A stretch of 64,000 nucleotides of DNA from a virus: positions 19,722-83,721 of IMG/VR virus record IMGVR_UViG_3300042900_000549, one strand, 5' to 3'. Positions 10,083-20,579 of this stretch are shown piece after piece. The first letter of the stretch is position 1, and each line of letters begins with the position of its first letter. Position numbers and translations under genes: made by a program. Under the pieces are notes generated by a model, which was not told the DNA's origin, ran no database searches, and saw nothing but the letters and a program-made list of their open reading frames with translations.

Positions 10083-10265
10083 ATGAAATTCAATGTATTA
10101 ATTAAACTCGGTGAAAATCTTGTCGAAATGTTCTGGGAGAGTTGCGAAGTTAAAAGATTCGTAGTACGTCTTCTTGAAAAGTATGCAAAAAGTACCGATA
10201 ATGATATTGATGATGTTGCGGTGAACTTAGTGAAAACAAAACTTCTCAATAACTGCCCAGAGTGA
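10083..10265 (+). CDS. Small hypothetical protein
   Basis: GGAG RBS; LLEKYAKSTDNDIDD motif common in cyanophages. Confidence 0.7.
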   Translation: MKFNVLIKLGENLVEMFWESCEVKRFVVRLLEKYAKSTDNDIDDVAVNLVKTKLLNNCPE

Positions 10266-10435
10266 TGTTGGAGTGTTTTCTTCTTAACTGGGGAATTGCT
10301 CTTATTCTGGCTTTATTATTAGGATTGTCCGAAGCACTAGATGAAATTCCAAGTGTGAAGGCAAATAGTGTTCATAGATTAATTAAAAATATTTTAATAT
10401 CATTAGTCAAAAAAGATAAAACAAAGGAGAAGTGA
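10265..10435 (+). CDS. Small membrane protein (56 aa), holin-like
   Basis: MLECFLLNWGIALILALLLGLSEALDEIPSVKANSVHRLIK...; one TM segment and a basic C-terminus; TGATG coupling; absent from the ORF track. Confidence 0.55.
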   Translation: MLECFLLNWGIALILALLLGLSEALDEIPSVKANSVHRLIKNILISLVKKDKTKEK

Positions 10436-10450
10436 GAACTTCTCTTTTTT

Positions 10451-10458
10451 TATAAATA
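10451..10458 (+). promoter_or_regulatory. T4-type late promoter
   Basis: TATAAATA just after a terminator hairpin. Confidence 0.75.
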
Positions 10459-10492
10459 CTCATAGCAAAAAAAATAGTAAAAGGTAAAAAGA

Positions 10493-11392
10493 ATGGCACT
10501 CTGGGGAACTGCAGATAGTCTTTATTCGGTAGGAATTGTAACAGTAAACTACTCAACAAAACAAGTTATTGGATCTGGTACATCATTTACTGCTGTTGGA
10601 ATTTCTACTGGTGATGTAATTACTATTGGAGCAGGTGGAACTTTTGGTTCAGCAGTAATTTCTGGAATTACTTCTGATACACTTATTTCAATTGCTACAA
10701 CGCAATATTTAAGTGGTGCTGTTATTTCTGGAGTTGCTTATACACTTTCTGAGAGACCAGTATATACTCTTGAAGATTCAAACTACTCTTCAAATGTTGT
10801 TGGTCTAACTTCAACGGTTCCAACTCATAACATTTATGGTGTTGACATCTATGAAATGGCATCACTGACACCTGGTAATAGTGGTCTTGCTACACAATAC
10901 GGTGGATTCCATGCGGGATGGGTTGGTATTCATACTTATATTGATATGCATGGTAATCTAAGAGTTAAATCAGAAACTCTTGTAGCAATGTCAGGAATTA
11001 CAACTCTAGGGCAAGCGACATTTACTGCTGCTGGAGATGCTCTTGATGATTCTATATTCCCAGATCGTTATATTACTATTACTACTCAACCGGTAAGTTT
11101 GGTTGGCGTTGCTACAACTTCTACACAATCATTCTCAGTTGTTGCATCAGCAACACCAGATGCTACTCTTGCTTATCAATGGCAGTATTCATCCAATGCG
11201 GGTGTTGCATATACTGCAATTACCAGTCCTCTTAATAATATCGTTTATACTGGAACGACTGGAACTACCTTGGGAATTGGAAGCACAACAGTTGGCGCAA
11301 ATAGACCAGATGGTTTCTACTACCGTGTTGGAGTATCTACAACTGGCGTAGCAACTGTATTCTCCAATGGTGTAATTCTTGACTATGTTTGA
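10493..11392 (+). CDS. Virion structural protein with a C-terminal Ig-like domain
   Basis: MALWG start, HAGWV..RVKSETLVAM, ITTQP..YQWQ..YYRV Ig pattern; late promoter. Confidence 0.75.
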   Translation: MALWGTADSLYSVGIVTVNYSTKQVIGSGTSFTAVGISTGDVITIGAGGTFGSAVISGITSDTLISIATTQYLSGAVISGVAYTLSERPVYTLEDSNYSSNVVGLTSTVPTHNIYGVDIYEMASLTPGNSGLATQYGGFHAGWVGIHTYIDMHGNLRVKSETLVAMSGITTLGQATFTAAGDALDDSIFPDRYITITTQPVSLVGVATTSTQSFSVVASATPDATLAYQWQYSSNAGVAYTAITSPLNNIVYTGTTGTTLGIGSTTVGANRPDGFYYRVGVSTTGVATVFSNGVILDYV

Positions 11393-11398
11393 TAATAT

Positions 11399-11785
11399 AT
11401 GATATTCAATGAACTAAATGAAGACAACTTTTTATTATTTGCTATTAAGAATTATGAAAATCCTCAAGCAGTCGCTAAAGAAGATTTTGATAAAGACTTA
11501 AATCATTTCAAATATATTAAAAGACTTTTAAAAAGGTATAAAAAAACAGGTGAATTAAAAACTCACCTGTTAATTAATCACTTTATTGTTTTGTATAATA
11601 TATTTGGTGAGGCAACTACTCCTATGTTATTTTTTAAATTGGAAAGAGAAATGTGGTCTCAAGTAAAAACTTTTATAATGTTTTTAAATCGTTTACCTGA
11701 GTTTCCAAAGTCTTATCTTAATGATATTCAAGTAGATTTAAATTGTTTAGAGCAACTTCAAAAAATTTACATTAAAGATGAATAA
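11399..11785 (+). CDS. Conserved T4-like hypothetical protein
   Basis: FKYIKRLLKRY..LLINHFIVLYNIFG, conserved upstream of gp61. Confidence 0.75.
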   Translation: MIFNELNEDNFLLFAIKNYENPQAVAKEDFDKDLNHFKYIKRLLKRYKKTGELKTHLLINHFIVLYNIFGEATTPMLFFKLEREMWSQVKTFIMFLNRLPEFPKSYLNDIQVDLNCLEQLQKIYIKDE

Positions 11786-12008
11786 GATTGATAGGGTTAT
11801 ACAATATTTTAGAAATCTTAAAGAGGAAGCGCCAACAATGTCTTCTGGAAATGGAGGATTTAGTGGATCTTCTTCTTCTCAAGGTCCAACTGCAGGATTT
11901 GATCCCGTAATTGGATTTAGAAAAAGAATAGGTGGAAAAATTGATGGCAGATCTGTAGCAAAAAAATATAAAAATTGGATGAAATCTTTGGGATTACTTG
12001 AAAGATAA
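11778..12008 (+). CDS. Hypothetical protein
   Basis: EEAPT..GPTAGFDPVIG motif. Confidence 0.65.
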   Translation: MNKIDRVIQYFRNLKEEAPTMSSGNGGFSGSSSSQGPTAGFDPVIGFRKRIGGKIDGRSVAKKYKNWMKSLGLLER

Positions 12009-12080
12009 ATATAATTAATAGAAGTTTATTCTATGCTAAGGTGAGTTACAGGATACTAAACACTTACCCAAAGCAACGTC

Positions 12081-12467
12081 ATGTCCGAAGAATCCGTAAA
12101 GATCGCCGTGTTGGAACAAAAATTGGTAGATCTTAAAGATATAGTATTAAAAATTGATGATGCTATTGAAAAATTAAGTGAAGTAAACATTAACGTAGGA
12201 AAAATGCTTGCCGTCCATGAGCAAAAAATTGCAAAACAAGAAACTACGGACGAGATACTATTTGCAAAAATTGACAAACTCCGTGATAAAATGGACGGCG
12301 ATCATAACAAGGTATTGTCTAGAATACAAGAAATAGAAAAGCGTATTTGGGTTGGCGTAGGAGCAATTGCTACACTCTCATTTTTAATTAATCATTCTTC
12401 TCTTGTTGGAAAATTCTTGACTCCAGAACCAGCACCTGTTATAATACAGGAGAATATTAAGAACTAG
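12081..12467 (+). CDS. Coiled-coil protein with a C-terminal TM helix
   Basis: Heptad-rich N-terminus; IWVGVGAIATLSFLI hydrophobic segment. Confidence 0.7.
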   Translation: MSEESVKIAVLEQKLVDLKDIVLKIDDAIEKLSEVNINVGKMLAVHEQKIAKQETTDEILFAKIDKLRDKMDGDHNKVLSRIQEIEKRIWVGVGAIATLSFLINHSSLVGKFLTPEPAPVIIQENIKN

Positions 12468-12469
12468 TT

Positions 12470-13438
12470 ATGAATTTGATTGAGGATAAGTTTATCAATC
12501 TTTTATCTCTTCGTTTAGAAAAATTTAAAAAGATTAAACCGGGACTTTATAATTGCCGTTGTCCTATTTGTGGAGACTCCCAAAAAAATAAATCAAAAGC
12601 AAGAGGATATTTTTATGATGTAAAAAATAACACTAATTTTAAGTGTCATAATTGTGGTGTAAACATATCTTTTAATAATTTTTTAAAACAAATTGACCCA
12701 ATTTTATATCGGCAATTTTCTATTGAGAAATTTAAAACTGGAACTACTGGGAAGAATTTTGTAGTTGAAGAACCCAAGTTTCACTTTGAAAAACCGAAGT
12801 TTCAAATTAAATTGAATCTTCCGAAAGCAACAGAAAATGAGGAAGCAAAAAAATATTTGGAAAGTAGAAAATTAAATCCTAATAAATTTTATTACAGTGA
12901 AAAATTTAAATCCTGGGTCAACTCAATACAACACACATTTTCAGATTTAAAGTATGAAGAACCAAGAATAGTAATCCCACTACTTTATAATAATAAGTTT
13001 GTGGGACTTCAAGGAAGATCTTTAAATTTAAAGTCTATTAAATATATTACTATAATGTTTGATGATGACGCACCAAAAATCTATGGTCTCGATGAAGTCC
13101 AAAAAAACAAAACTGTCTACATCGTGGAAGGTCCATTTGATTCCACATTCATTCTCAATTCAATTGCTTTATGTGGAGCTGATGGTGATCTTGATAAGTG
13201 GAATATTCACAATCGTGTTTGGATATACGATAACGAACCTCGTAATGCCGAGATTCACAAACGAATCGCAAAATGTATTGATAATGAAGAGAGAGTCGTA
13301 ATTTGGCCCGAAACAATTAAATGTAAGGACATTAACGATATGGTTTTATCTGGACTTAATGTTCAGTCTGTGATAGAATCAAATACTTACTCTGGTTTAG
13401 AAGCAAAACTTAAATTCACTACCTGGAAGAAAATATGA
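12470..13438 (+). CDS. gp61: DNA primase gp61
   Basis: CPICGDS..CHNC zinc finger; EGPFDS and DNEPRN TOPRIM motifs. Confidence 0.96.
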   Translation: MNLIEDKFINLLSLRLEKFKKIKPGLYNCRCPICGDSQKNKSKARGYFYDVKNNTNFKCHNCGVNISFNNFLKQIDPILYRQFSIEKFKTGTTGKNFVVEEPKFHFEKPKFQIKLNLPKATENEEAKKYLESRKLNPNKFYYSEKFKSWVNSIQHTFSDLKYEEPRIVIPLLYNNKFVGLQGRSLNLKSIKYITIMFDDDAPKIYGLDEVQKNKTVYIVEGPFDSTFILNSIALCGADGDLDKWNIHNRVWIYDNEPRNAEIHKRIAKCIDNEERVVIWPETIKCKDINDMVLSGLNVQSVIESNTYSGLEAKLKFTTWKKI

Positions 13439-15738
13439 GCAATGGAACAAACGTAGTCAAGAGAAATGGTTTAATTGAATCTCTTGACCTAGATAAGATG
13501 CACTTGATGGTTGAAGAGGCATGTAAGGGTCTTGCAGGTGTCTCTGCGAGTCAAGTTGAGATGACCTCTGGTATTCAATTCTATAGTGGAATCTCCACTC
13601 AAGAAATACAAGAAATTCTTATTCGCAGTGCAAGTGATCTTATTGATTTGGATCATCCAAACTATCAATTTGTTGCCGCCCGACTTCTTTTATTTTCTGT
13701 TCGCAAGCAACTTTATGGGAAGATGAAGGAACTTCCTAATCTTGAGCAACACATTTACCAGTGTGTTAATCATGAAGTTTATGATAAGGATATTTTCAAC
13801 AAATACTCCAAAGAAGAAATTGAACGTGCGGATTCTTATATTGATCACGACCGAGACTACCTGTTCACTTATGCAGGTCTTCGTCAAGTAGTTGATAAGT
13901 ATTTGGTTCAAGATCGTAGTAGTGGTGGAGTATATGAAACACCACAATTCATGTATATAATGATTGCTCTGACTATCTTTGCAGAGTATCCGAAAGAAAC
14001 TAGAATGTCTTACGTCAAGAGGTATTATGACGCAATATCCAAACACAAAATCAACATTCCCACACCAATCATGGCGGGTGTTAGAACCCCACTTCGTCAA
14101 TTTGCATCTTGTGTTTTGGTTGATGTTGATGACACCCTCGATAGCATCTTTAGCAGCGATATGGCTATTGGCAGGTATATCTCACAGAGGGCTGGTATTG
14201 GTATCAACGCAGGCCGAATCCGTGGTATCAACTCTAAAATCCGAGGTGGAGAAGTTCAGCACACTGGTGTTGTTCCTTTCCTTAAAAAGTTTGAATCCAC
14301 TGTACGATGCTGCACCCAAAATGGAATCCGGGGTGGATCTGCTACGGTTCATTTTCCAATCTGGCACCAAGAAATAGGGGATATTCTTGTACTGAAAAAT
14401 AACAAGGGAACTGAAGATAATCGTGTTCGCAAACTTGATTATTCAATTCAACTTAGTAAAATCTTTTATGAAAGGTTCATTCAAGATGGTGAGATTACTT
14501 TGTTCTCTCCGCATGATGTACCTAGACTTTATGATTCTTTTGGTCTTCCTGAGTTTGATTCTCTTTATGTAGAATATGAGAATAATTCATCCATTCCAAA
14601 GAAAACTATTCGGGCACAAGACCTCATTCTCAGTCTCCTCAAAGAACGTGCTGAAACTGGTCGTATCTACATTATGAATATTGATCATTGTAATTCACAT
14701 AGTTCCTATAAGGACCAAATTACAATGAGTAATCTTTGTCAAGAAATTACAGAACCCACAACACCAATCCAACATATTGATGATGATGGACCTCAAGAAA
14801 TTGCCACTTGTATTCTATCTGCAATAAATGTTGGTAAAGTAAAATCTGATGAGGAACTTGAGGAACTTTGCAATCTCTCTATTCGTTCTTTAGAGGAACT
14901 TATTGATTATCAAAACTATCCTGTCAAGGCAGCGGAAAACTTTACCAAGCGCCGTAGATCTCTTGGAATAGGTTATATTGGTCTTGCGCACTACCTTGCT
15001 AAACTTGGGTTCAACTACGACTCACAAGAGGCGTGGGATGCCGTTCACGGTCTTTCTGAGTCCTTCCAGTATTACCTTCTTAAAGTATCCAATCAGATTG
15101 CTAAAGAGAAGGGTCATTGTGAATATTTTGGTCGTACTAAGTATGCTGATGGCATTCTTCCTATTGATACATATAAAAAAGACGTAGATCAAATTTCATC
15201 CACACCACTTCAACATGATTGGGAAAGTCTTAGGGCATCTATCCTGGAACACGGTCTCCGGCACTCAACACTGTCCGCACAGATGCCTTCTGAGAGCAGT
15301 TCCGTTGTGTCAAATGCAACAAATGGAATTGAACCACCTCGTGGATACTTGTCCATTAAAAAGTCCAAGAAAGGACCACTTAAGCAAATTGTACCTCAGT
15401 ATCAATCACTTAAAAATAATTATACGCTTCTTTGGAATATGCCTAGCAATCGGGGTTATATTAATATTGTTGCTGTTATGCAAAAGTTCTTCGATCAAGC
15501 AATTTCTGGAAACTGGTCGTATAACCCAGAAAATTATGCCGATAATGAGGTTCCTGTTAGCGTAATGGCACAAGATATGCTCACTTGTTTTAAGTTGGGA
15601 CATAAAACCGCCTACTATCAAAACACTTATGATATTAAGACTGATGAGGTAGTTGAAGAATCAAAACCAGAACTTCAATCTCTTCTAAATGATATTATAA
15701 GTTCTGATGAAGATGCGTGTGAAAGTTGTGCGATCTAA
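13435..15738 (+). CDS. nrdA: Ribonucleotide reductase class Ia alpha subunit
   Basis: ATP cone, PTPIMAG, ASCVL, SNLCQEI, C-terminal CESC. Confidence 0.98.
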   Translation: MSNGTNVVKRNGLIESLDLDKMHLMVEEACKGLAGVSASQVEMTSGIQFYSGISTQEIQEILIRSASDLIDLDHPNYQFVAARLLLFSVRKQLYGKMKELPNLEQHIYQCVNHEVYDKDIFNKYSKEEIERADSYIDHDRDYLFTYAGLRQVVDKYLVQDRSSGGVYETPQFMYIMIALTIFAEYPKETRMSYVKRYYDAISKHKINIPTPIMAGVRTPLRQFASCVLVDVDDTLDSIFSSDMAIGRYISQRAGIGINAGRIRGINSKIRGGEVQHTGVVPFLKKFESTVRCCTQNGIRGGSATVHFPIWHQEIGDILVLKNNKGTEDNRVRKLDYSIQLSKIFYERFIQDGEITLFSPHDVPRLYDSFGLPEFDSLYVEYENNSSIPKKTIRAQDLILSLLKERAETGRIYIMNIDHCNSHSSYKDQITMSNLCQEITEPTTPIQHIDDDGPQEIATCILSAINVGKVKSDEELEELCNLSIRSLEELIDYQNYPVKAAENFTKRRRSLGIGYIGLAHYLAKLGFNYDSQEAWDAVHGLSESFQYYLLKVSNQIAKEKGHCEYFGRTKYADGILPIDTYKKDVDQISSTPLQHDWESLRASILEHGLRHSTLSAQMPSESSSVVSNATNGIEPPRGYLSIKKSKKGPLKQIVPQYQSLKNNYTLLWNMPSNRGYINIVAVMQKFFDQAISGNWSYNPENYADNEVPVSVMAQDMLTCFKLGHKTAYYQNTYDIKTDEVVEESKPELQSLLNDIISSDEDACESCAI

Positions 15739-15806
15739 GTTTCATAACAATTAAAAACCTTAAATATGTTAGGGTGAGTTGAGTTCAAATTAATTAAAGA
15801 AAAAGT

Positions 15807-16982
15807 ATGCAGTACAATTTTATGGCACCAGAAGAGCAAAACATTAAAGGAATGACGGTTTTTAATACTAAAGAAGTGGATACTAAAAAGCAACCAATGT
15901 TTTTTGGTGCTCCTCTAGGAGTTCAAAGATATGACTCATATAAGTATCCAGTTTTTGATAAATTAACCCAACAACAATTAAGTTATTTTTGGAGACCCGA
16001 AGAAATCTCACTTCAAAAAGATCGCGGAGATTATCAAACTCTCCGTTCAGAACAGAAGCATATTTTTACTTCTAATTTGAAGTATCAGATTATGCTTGAT
16101 TCTATTCAAGGTCGTGGTCCCGGTATGGCATTTTTACCATATTGTTCGCTTCCTGAACTAGAGGCATGTATGACTGTGTGGGAATTTATGGAGATGATCC
16201 ATAGTCGCTCATACACTTATATTATCAAAAATATCTATTCAGATCCTTGCGAAATTTTTGATACAATTATTCATGATGAGCGTATTCTAGAACGCGCCGC
16301 AAGTATTACTGAATCTTATGATGAATTTATTCAATCAGCACAAAGTTATGGTACTTCTGAATCTTGGAAGCACAGACTTGAAGGAGTTAATTACGCAAAG
16401 GAGAATCTCAACGATGTTAAAAGAAAACTTTACAGAGCAGTCGCAAACGTTAATATTCTTGAAGGTATTCGCTTCTACGTTAGTTTTGCTTGCAGTTTCG
16501 CCTTTGGTGAACTCAAACTTATGGAAGGATCTGCGAAAATCATATCACTCATCGCAAGAGATGAATCACAACATTTAGCACTCACACAAAACATTCTAAA
16601 CAAATGGAAAGAGGGTGATGATCCTGAAATGCAACAGATTGCAAAAGAAGAAGAGGAGTGGGTTTATGCGATGTTTGATCGTGCGGTAAATGAAGAAAAG
16701 AAGTGGGCAGACTATCTTTTCAAAGATGGGTCTATGATTGGTCTTAATGATAAACTTCTTCAGAGATATGTTGAATGGATTGCAAATCGCCGTATGAAAG
16801 CAATTGGCCTCAAACCAGTTTATGATATTCCTGCGAATAATAACCCACTTCCTTGGACTTCTCACTGGTTGAATTCGAAAGGTCTTCAGGTGGCCCCTCA
16901 GGAAGTGGAAGTTGAAGCATATTTGATTGGTGGAATCAAACAGGATGTTAAGACAGATACATTTAGTGGATTTAAACTTTAA
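15807..16982 (+). CDS. nrdB: Ribonucleotide reductase beta subunit
   Basis: FWRPEE, EMIHSRSY, EGIRFYVSF, DESQH, VAPQE. Confidence 0.98.
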   Translation: MQYNFMAPEEQNIKGMTVFNTKEVDTKKQPMFFGAPLGVQRYDSYKYPVFDKLTQQQLSYFWRPEEISLQKDRGDYQTLRSEQKHIFTSNLKYQIMLDSIQGRGPGMAFLPYCSLPELEACMTVWEFMEMIHSRSYTYIIKNIYSDPCEIFDTIIHDERILERAASITESYDEFIQSAQSYGTSESWKHRLEGVNYAKENLNDVKRKLYRAVANVNILEGIRFYVSFACSFAFGELKLMEGSAKIISLIARDESQHLALTQNILNKWKEGDDPEMQQIAKEEEEWVYAMFDRAVNEEKKWADYLFKDGSMIGLNDKLLQRYVEWIANRRMKAIGLKPVYDIPANNNPLPWTSHWLNSKGLQVAPQEVEVEAYLIGGIKQDVKTDTFSGFKL

Positions 16983-16987
16983 TGTAT

Positions 16988-17019
16988 TGGGAGTTTCTAA
17001 CTCCCTTTTTTTATAAATA
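16988..17019 (+). terminator. Terminator followed by a late promoter
   Basis: GGGAGTT-TCT-AACTCCC plus T run, then TATAAATA at 17012. Confidence 0.7.
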
Positions 17020-17048
17020 AATATAAATTGTAAGACTTTAAAATTAAA

Positions 17049-18377
17049 ATGACCTCTTTCAACATTTACGAAGCATACGCTGCTGTTTATAATGAAGACC
17101 TTAGAGAAGATATTCTTTCTGTTGATGAAGAATTTGAATTCATTGATGGGTTGAGTGATAATGAACTTGATGAAGTAATGGAAGAAATAATTTCAGAAGG
17201 AACCGATATTTCTGAATGTTTTGAAGTATTTGATGAAATTATTTCGGAAGCAAAAGTAACTATTGGTGCTGGTTCAGGTGGAGAAGGAGTTGAACCTAGA
17301 ACAGTAAAATATGGTTCTGCCAAAGTTACCTCAGGAAGAGGTTCTGTAATGGCAGCAAAAGAAAGGCAATCTGCAAGAAAAGCATCAAGAAGAGCAGAAA
17401 GAGTAGAAAGAATCAAATCTTCTGTAAAAAGAGCAGCAGAAAAGGTAAAAACAAAATCTGCTGGTGTAGTATCTGCTGCTGCTGGTGGTGCTGCTGAAGC
17501 AGGTAGATCTGCTAAAGGTGCTGCTAGTGCAGCTAAGAAAAAAGTAACTGGAAAACTTGCTGCAGCAAAGGAAAGAATTAAAGGTGCTGTTAAATCTGGT
17601 AGAAGTGCCGTTGCTGGTGGTCTTCGCAAAGCAGCATCAAAAATTGAACCAAAAGAAACCGAGAAAAAAGGTAAGGAAATAAAAGATGCTGCTAAAGAAA
17701 GAATTTCCACAATTCGCCCAAATCTAGGTGTAGGAAGAAAAGAACGTGTATCTTCCGCTGGAATTAGATCAACTGGTGGACCAATAGGTCGTTCGGGGAG
17801 TCAAGGTAGAGCACTTCCTCCTGTAGGAAAAACAAAATCTGGAAAGACTTTAACATCTTCTCAGAGATCTACTCAAACTTCAGCACAGAATAGGAGACTT
17901 TCATCAAGACTTGGTGAAAATTTTGATCTTCTTGCTGGAATAATTCTTGAGGATTTAATCAACGAAGGTTATGCAGAAACCTTTGAAGAAGCACTTTATG
18001 TTCTTGAATCAATGTCTGATTATGCTGTAGGTGATATTGCAGAATCTTATCTTGCAGAAGAAGTTGAAACTGTTGATCTGTATGATGTAGTTCTAGAGCA
18101 CCTACTTGATGAAGGTTATGCGGATACTGAAGATGAAGCTTCTGTAATCATGGCAAATATGAGTGAGGAGTGGAGAGATGAAATTCTTGAAACCAAACTT
18201 GATCCAAGAGGTCGCCCCGCTTCTGGTCCAATGAATGCATATTCCAAACCAAAATCAAAACCAGACCAAGCACATTTAGATGCTATCAAATCATATGAAG
18301 AGAAGCAGAAAAAGAAAACTCCAGAGCAAAAAGCAGCGGAACTAAAGGCTTACAGGGAAAGACAAGAAAATAGATGA
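17049..18377 (+). CDS. Basic Ala/Lys-rich protein with acidic boxes, probable internal head protein
   Basis: Late promoter; repeated L(I/L)xEGYA(E/D)T..EA..(L/M)xxMS motif. Confidence 0.65.
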   Translation: MTSFNIYEAYAAVYNEDLREDILSVDEEFEFIDGLSDNELDEVMEEIISEGTDISECFEVFDEIISEAKVTIGAGSGGEGVEPRTVKYGSAKVTSGRGSVMAAKERQSARKASRRAERVERIKSSVKRAAEKVKTKSAGVVSAAAGGAAEAGRSAKGAASAAKKKVTGKLAAAKERIKGAVKSGRSAVAGGLRKAASKIEPKETEKKGKEIKDAAKERISTIRPNLGVGRKERVSSAGIRSTGGPIGRSGSQGRALPPVGKTKSGKTLTSSQRSTQTSAQNRRLSSRLGENFDLLAGIILEDLINEGYAETFEEALYVLESMSDYAVGDIAESYLAEEVETVDLYDVVLEHLLDEGYADTEDEASVIMANMSEEWRDEILETKLDPRGRPASGPMNAYSKPKSKPDQAHLDAIKSYEEKQKKKTPEQKAAELKAYRERQENR

Positions 18378-18398
18378 GTTAAATATTAAATTATAAGT

Positions 18399-18424
18399 GA
18401 GGGTCTTTATGACCCTCTTTTTTA
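18399..18424. terminator. Terminator between convergent genes
   Basis: GAGGGTC-TTTAT-GACCCTC plus T run. Confidence 0.7.
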
Positions 18425-18847
18425 TTCTATTAATAAACTTTTTTCAACAATACTATAAAGGTTTCCAACTTCACTACTAAAAAATTTACCTTCCACATTC
18501 GTATTGTAGTAATCTTCTCTTAAGATTACATCTCTTTTAAATTGTTCCATAGTCTCGTAAAAACTCATAGATTTCTTATGAGGGCAAAGATATAATATTT
18601 CTCTTAAGAACTTATCTTCTCCTAATACTTTTACATCTGAGATTAATTCATCGCAAGATCCGTAATATGTTTGCCATTCACTTTCTTTGGTTTTTCTTCT
18701 TCCTGTTTTACGATCTTTTTGGCGAGTCCAGAAGTGTTTTTTGCCAATATATTTCTTATTGTTCACCAGATTTGTAATTAGATATACAAACCCTTCCATA
18801 CCTTTAGGAACTTCTACAAAATCTATATTATTGTACTTCCAAGTCAT
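18422..18847 (-). CDS. GIY-YIG-family (Seg-like) endonuclease
   Basis: GFVYLITN...YIGKK, YYGS, REIL, YYN. Confidence 0.75.
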   Translation of the reverse strand: MTWKYNNIDFVEVPKGMEGFVYLITNLVNNKKYIGKKHFWTRQKDRKTGRRKTKESEWQTYYGSCDELISDVKVLGEDKFLREILYLCPHKKSMSFYETMEQFKRDVILREDYYNTNVEGKFFSSEVGNLYSIVEKSLLIE

Positions 18848-18922
18848 TCTATAAGCATTACTAATAAGACTATGTATGCTATGAGTTTTTGTGGTATGCT
18901 GGATATATAGTTTAAAATTCTT

Positions 18923-19279
18923 ATGAAAATTTTTAGAGCACTATCAAAACTCTATAACTACTTGACAAAAGAAAAATCCTCAGTAGACTATGAAGAACCT
19001 CAAGTTCACAAAGAACCTGAAACCCAAATTATTGAGGAAGAAGAAATCTTGGAATCAACAATTGAAAACTGTTATGTATCTGATGTGCGCGATTGGGCTA
19101 TAAAAAAGATTGAACTTCTTCACGAAGCAGATCGTCATAGAAATGCAAAAGCACTTCTTGCTGAGTTTGCCGAATGGATTAATATTCCAGAAGGTACTGA
19201 AGAACTGGATTATCTTTGTATAGAAGATAATGAGTGGACTGATGAGAAAGAAGTGGATGTGAGGAAACCGAACCCTTGA
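18923..19279 (+). CDS. Hypothetical protein
   Basis: Acidic ORF with phage-like codon usage. Confidence 0.6.
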   Translation: MKIFRALSKLYNYLTKEKSSVDYEEPQVHKEPETQIIEEEEILESTIENCYVSDVRDWAIKKIELLHEADRHRNAKALLAEFAEWINIPEGTEELDYLCIEDNEWTDEKEVDVRKPNP

Positions 19280-19304
19280 CAAAACCTAAATAACCTCATA
19301 TAAT
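19276..19304 (+). promoter_or_regulatory. sigma70-like promoter
   Basis: TTGACA-17 bp-TATAAT. Confidence 0.8.
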
Positions 19305-19437
19305 GCAAAGGAACCCACTCAAAAAGTGGGTTTTGTCATAATGAGTCTGTGACGTGACACTTAGAGCCGTGGAAGATGCCCTTCGAGAGAGGTGGTATAC
19401 CCCTCTTCTATACGGATGCCGAATTCTATTAAACTAA

Positions 19438-20082
19438 ATGCAACAATTTTTTACTGTATCCTTTCCCCTTCTGGCGATGGTTACAACCAGCACAGTAACA
19501 CTGCCCCAAGTGTTTCCTCCTCCCCCCGTGAATGGTCCGCCACCATTCTCTATTATACGAGAGGAACCTACACCAAAGACAGCGACCAGAGAGGTTGCTC
19601 CAGTTAAACCAAAAGAAAAAAGACTGATTTGTAAAGGATGCAATACTAATGAAACTAAGACTGTAGAATTTTTACAGGAACGTGGAATTACTGACAAAAA
19701 CGCCCTAGCTACCATTATGGGTAATATCCGACAAGAGTCTACCTTCACACCTAATGTATGTGAGGGTGGTGCTAGAGTGTCTTATAGTGCTTGTAGGAGT
19801 GGTGGTTTTGGAATTATACAATGGACTAATGCTCCAAGGTATAATGGATTAGGAAATCATGCTGCCCGTACTGGTGGTGACCCATCAACTCTTGATACTC
19901 AATTGCAATATATGATGTATGAAGGTGATTGGAAGATGATTGAGAACCAAATGAAAACTCCTGGTAAGTCCATTACTGATTATATGAGACTTGCTAGAAA
20001 ATGGATCCGTTGGGGACATACTGGAGCAAGAGTTGATTATGCTTATAACTATGCAAATAAGTTAGTTCTTACTGAAGTCTAA
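19438..20082 (+). CDS. Secreted cell-wall hydrolase, phage tail lysozyme-like domain
   Basis: Signal-like N-terminus and Pro linker; ALATIMGNIRQES, GFGIIQWT, TQLQY. Confidence 0.8.
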   Translation: MQQFFTVSFPLLAMVTTSTVTLPQVFPPPPVNGPPPFSIIREEPTPKTATREVAPVKPKEKRLICKGCNTNETKTVEFLQERGITDKNALATIMGNIRQESTFTPNVCEGGARVSYSACRSGGFGIIQWTNAPRYNGLGNHAARTGGDPSTLDTQLQYMMYEGDWKMIENQMKTPGKSITDYMRLARKWIRWGHTGARVDYAYNYANKLVLTEV

Positions 20083-20134
20083 AAACACATACAATAGAAT
20101 AAATATTGGGGATTGTTACATTTCCCCTTTTTTT

Positions 20135-20536
20135 ATGTTTAATTTTAATTTTGGAAAGAAGAAACCAAGTATAAAACAATATGCAATTATAGGGATTGTA
20201 TTATCTTCCACAATTGCAATACTCTCACAGTGCTCTAGCATACCTAGCAATCAACTCTGGGATTTACTGGATGAAATACAGAGAAAATATTTTCCGCAAA
20301 CTATATTGAATGAGTTTATTATTAAAGATGATAAGAAACTCGAAAGAAGAATTGTTCGGGATGTTGATAGAGCAATTGATGATTATTGGAAACAATCTGA
20401 AGAGAAACCCGTAGAAGTTCCTGCTCCAATATTTTCAGAAAAACCTATTGATGAATCCGCGTGTTATACCAAAGAATGTAAGTCACTCGGAGGAGAAATG
20501 CGTTTATGTGCCCCCTGGGTTGATGACTGTAAGTAA
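20135..20536 (+). CDS. Hypothetical membrane-anchored protein
   Basis: N-terminal TM segment; C-terminal CYTKECKSLGGEMRLC. Confidence 0.65.
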   Translation: MFNFNFGKKKPSIKQYAIIGIVLSSTIAILSQCSSIPSNQLWDLLDEIQRKYFPQTILNEFIIKDDKKLERRIVRDVDRAIDDYWKQSEEKPVEVPAPIFSEKPIDESACYTKECKSLGGEMRLCAPWVDDCK

Positions 20537-20579
20537 AAAATGTTATATATAAGCATATCTTATTTTTATGGAGATTATT

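Noticed and set aside
1630-16982. Introns or inteins in gp43, gp41, nrdA or nrdB
   Set aside because: The ORFs are continuous, of normal length, and show no intein motifs.
17087-17710. 207-aa minus-strand ORF
   Set aside because: Antisense shadow of a low-complexity Ala/Lys-rich gene.
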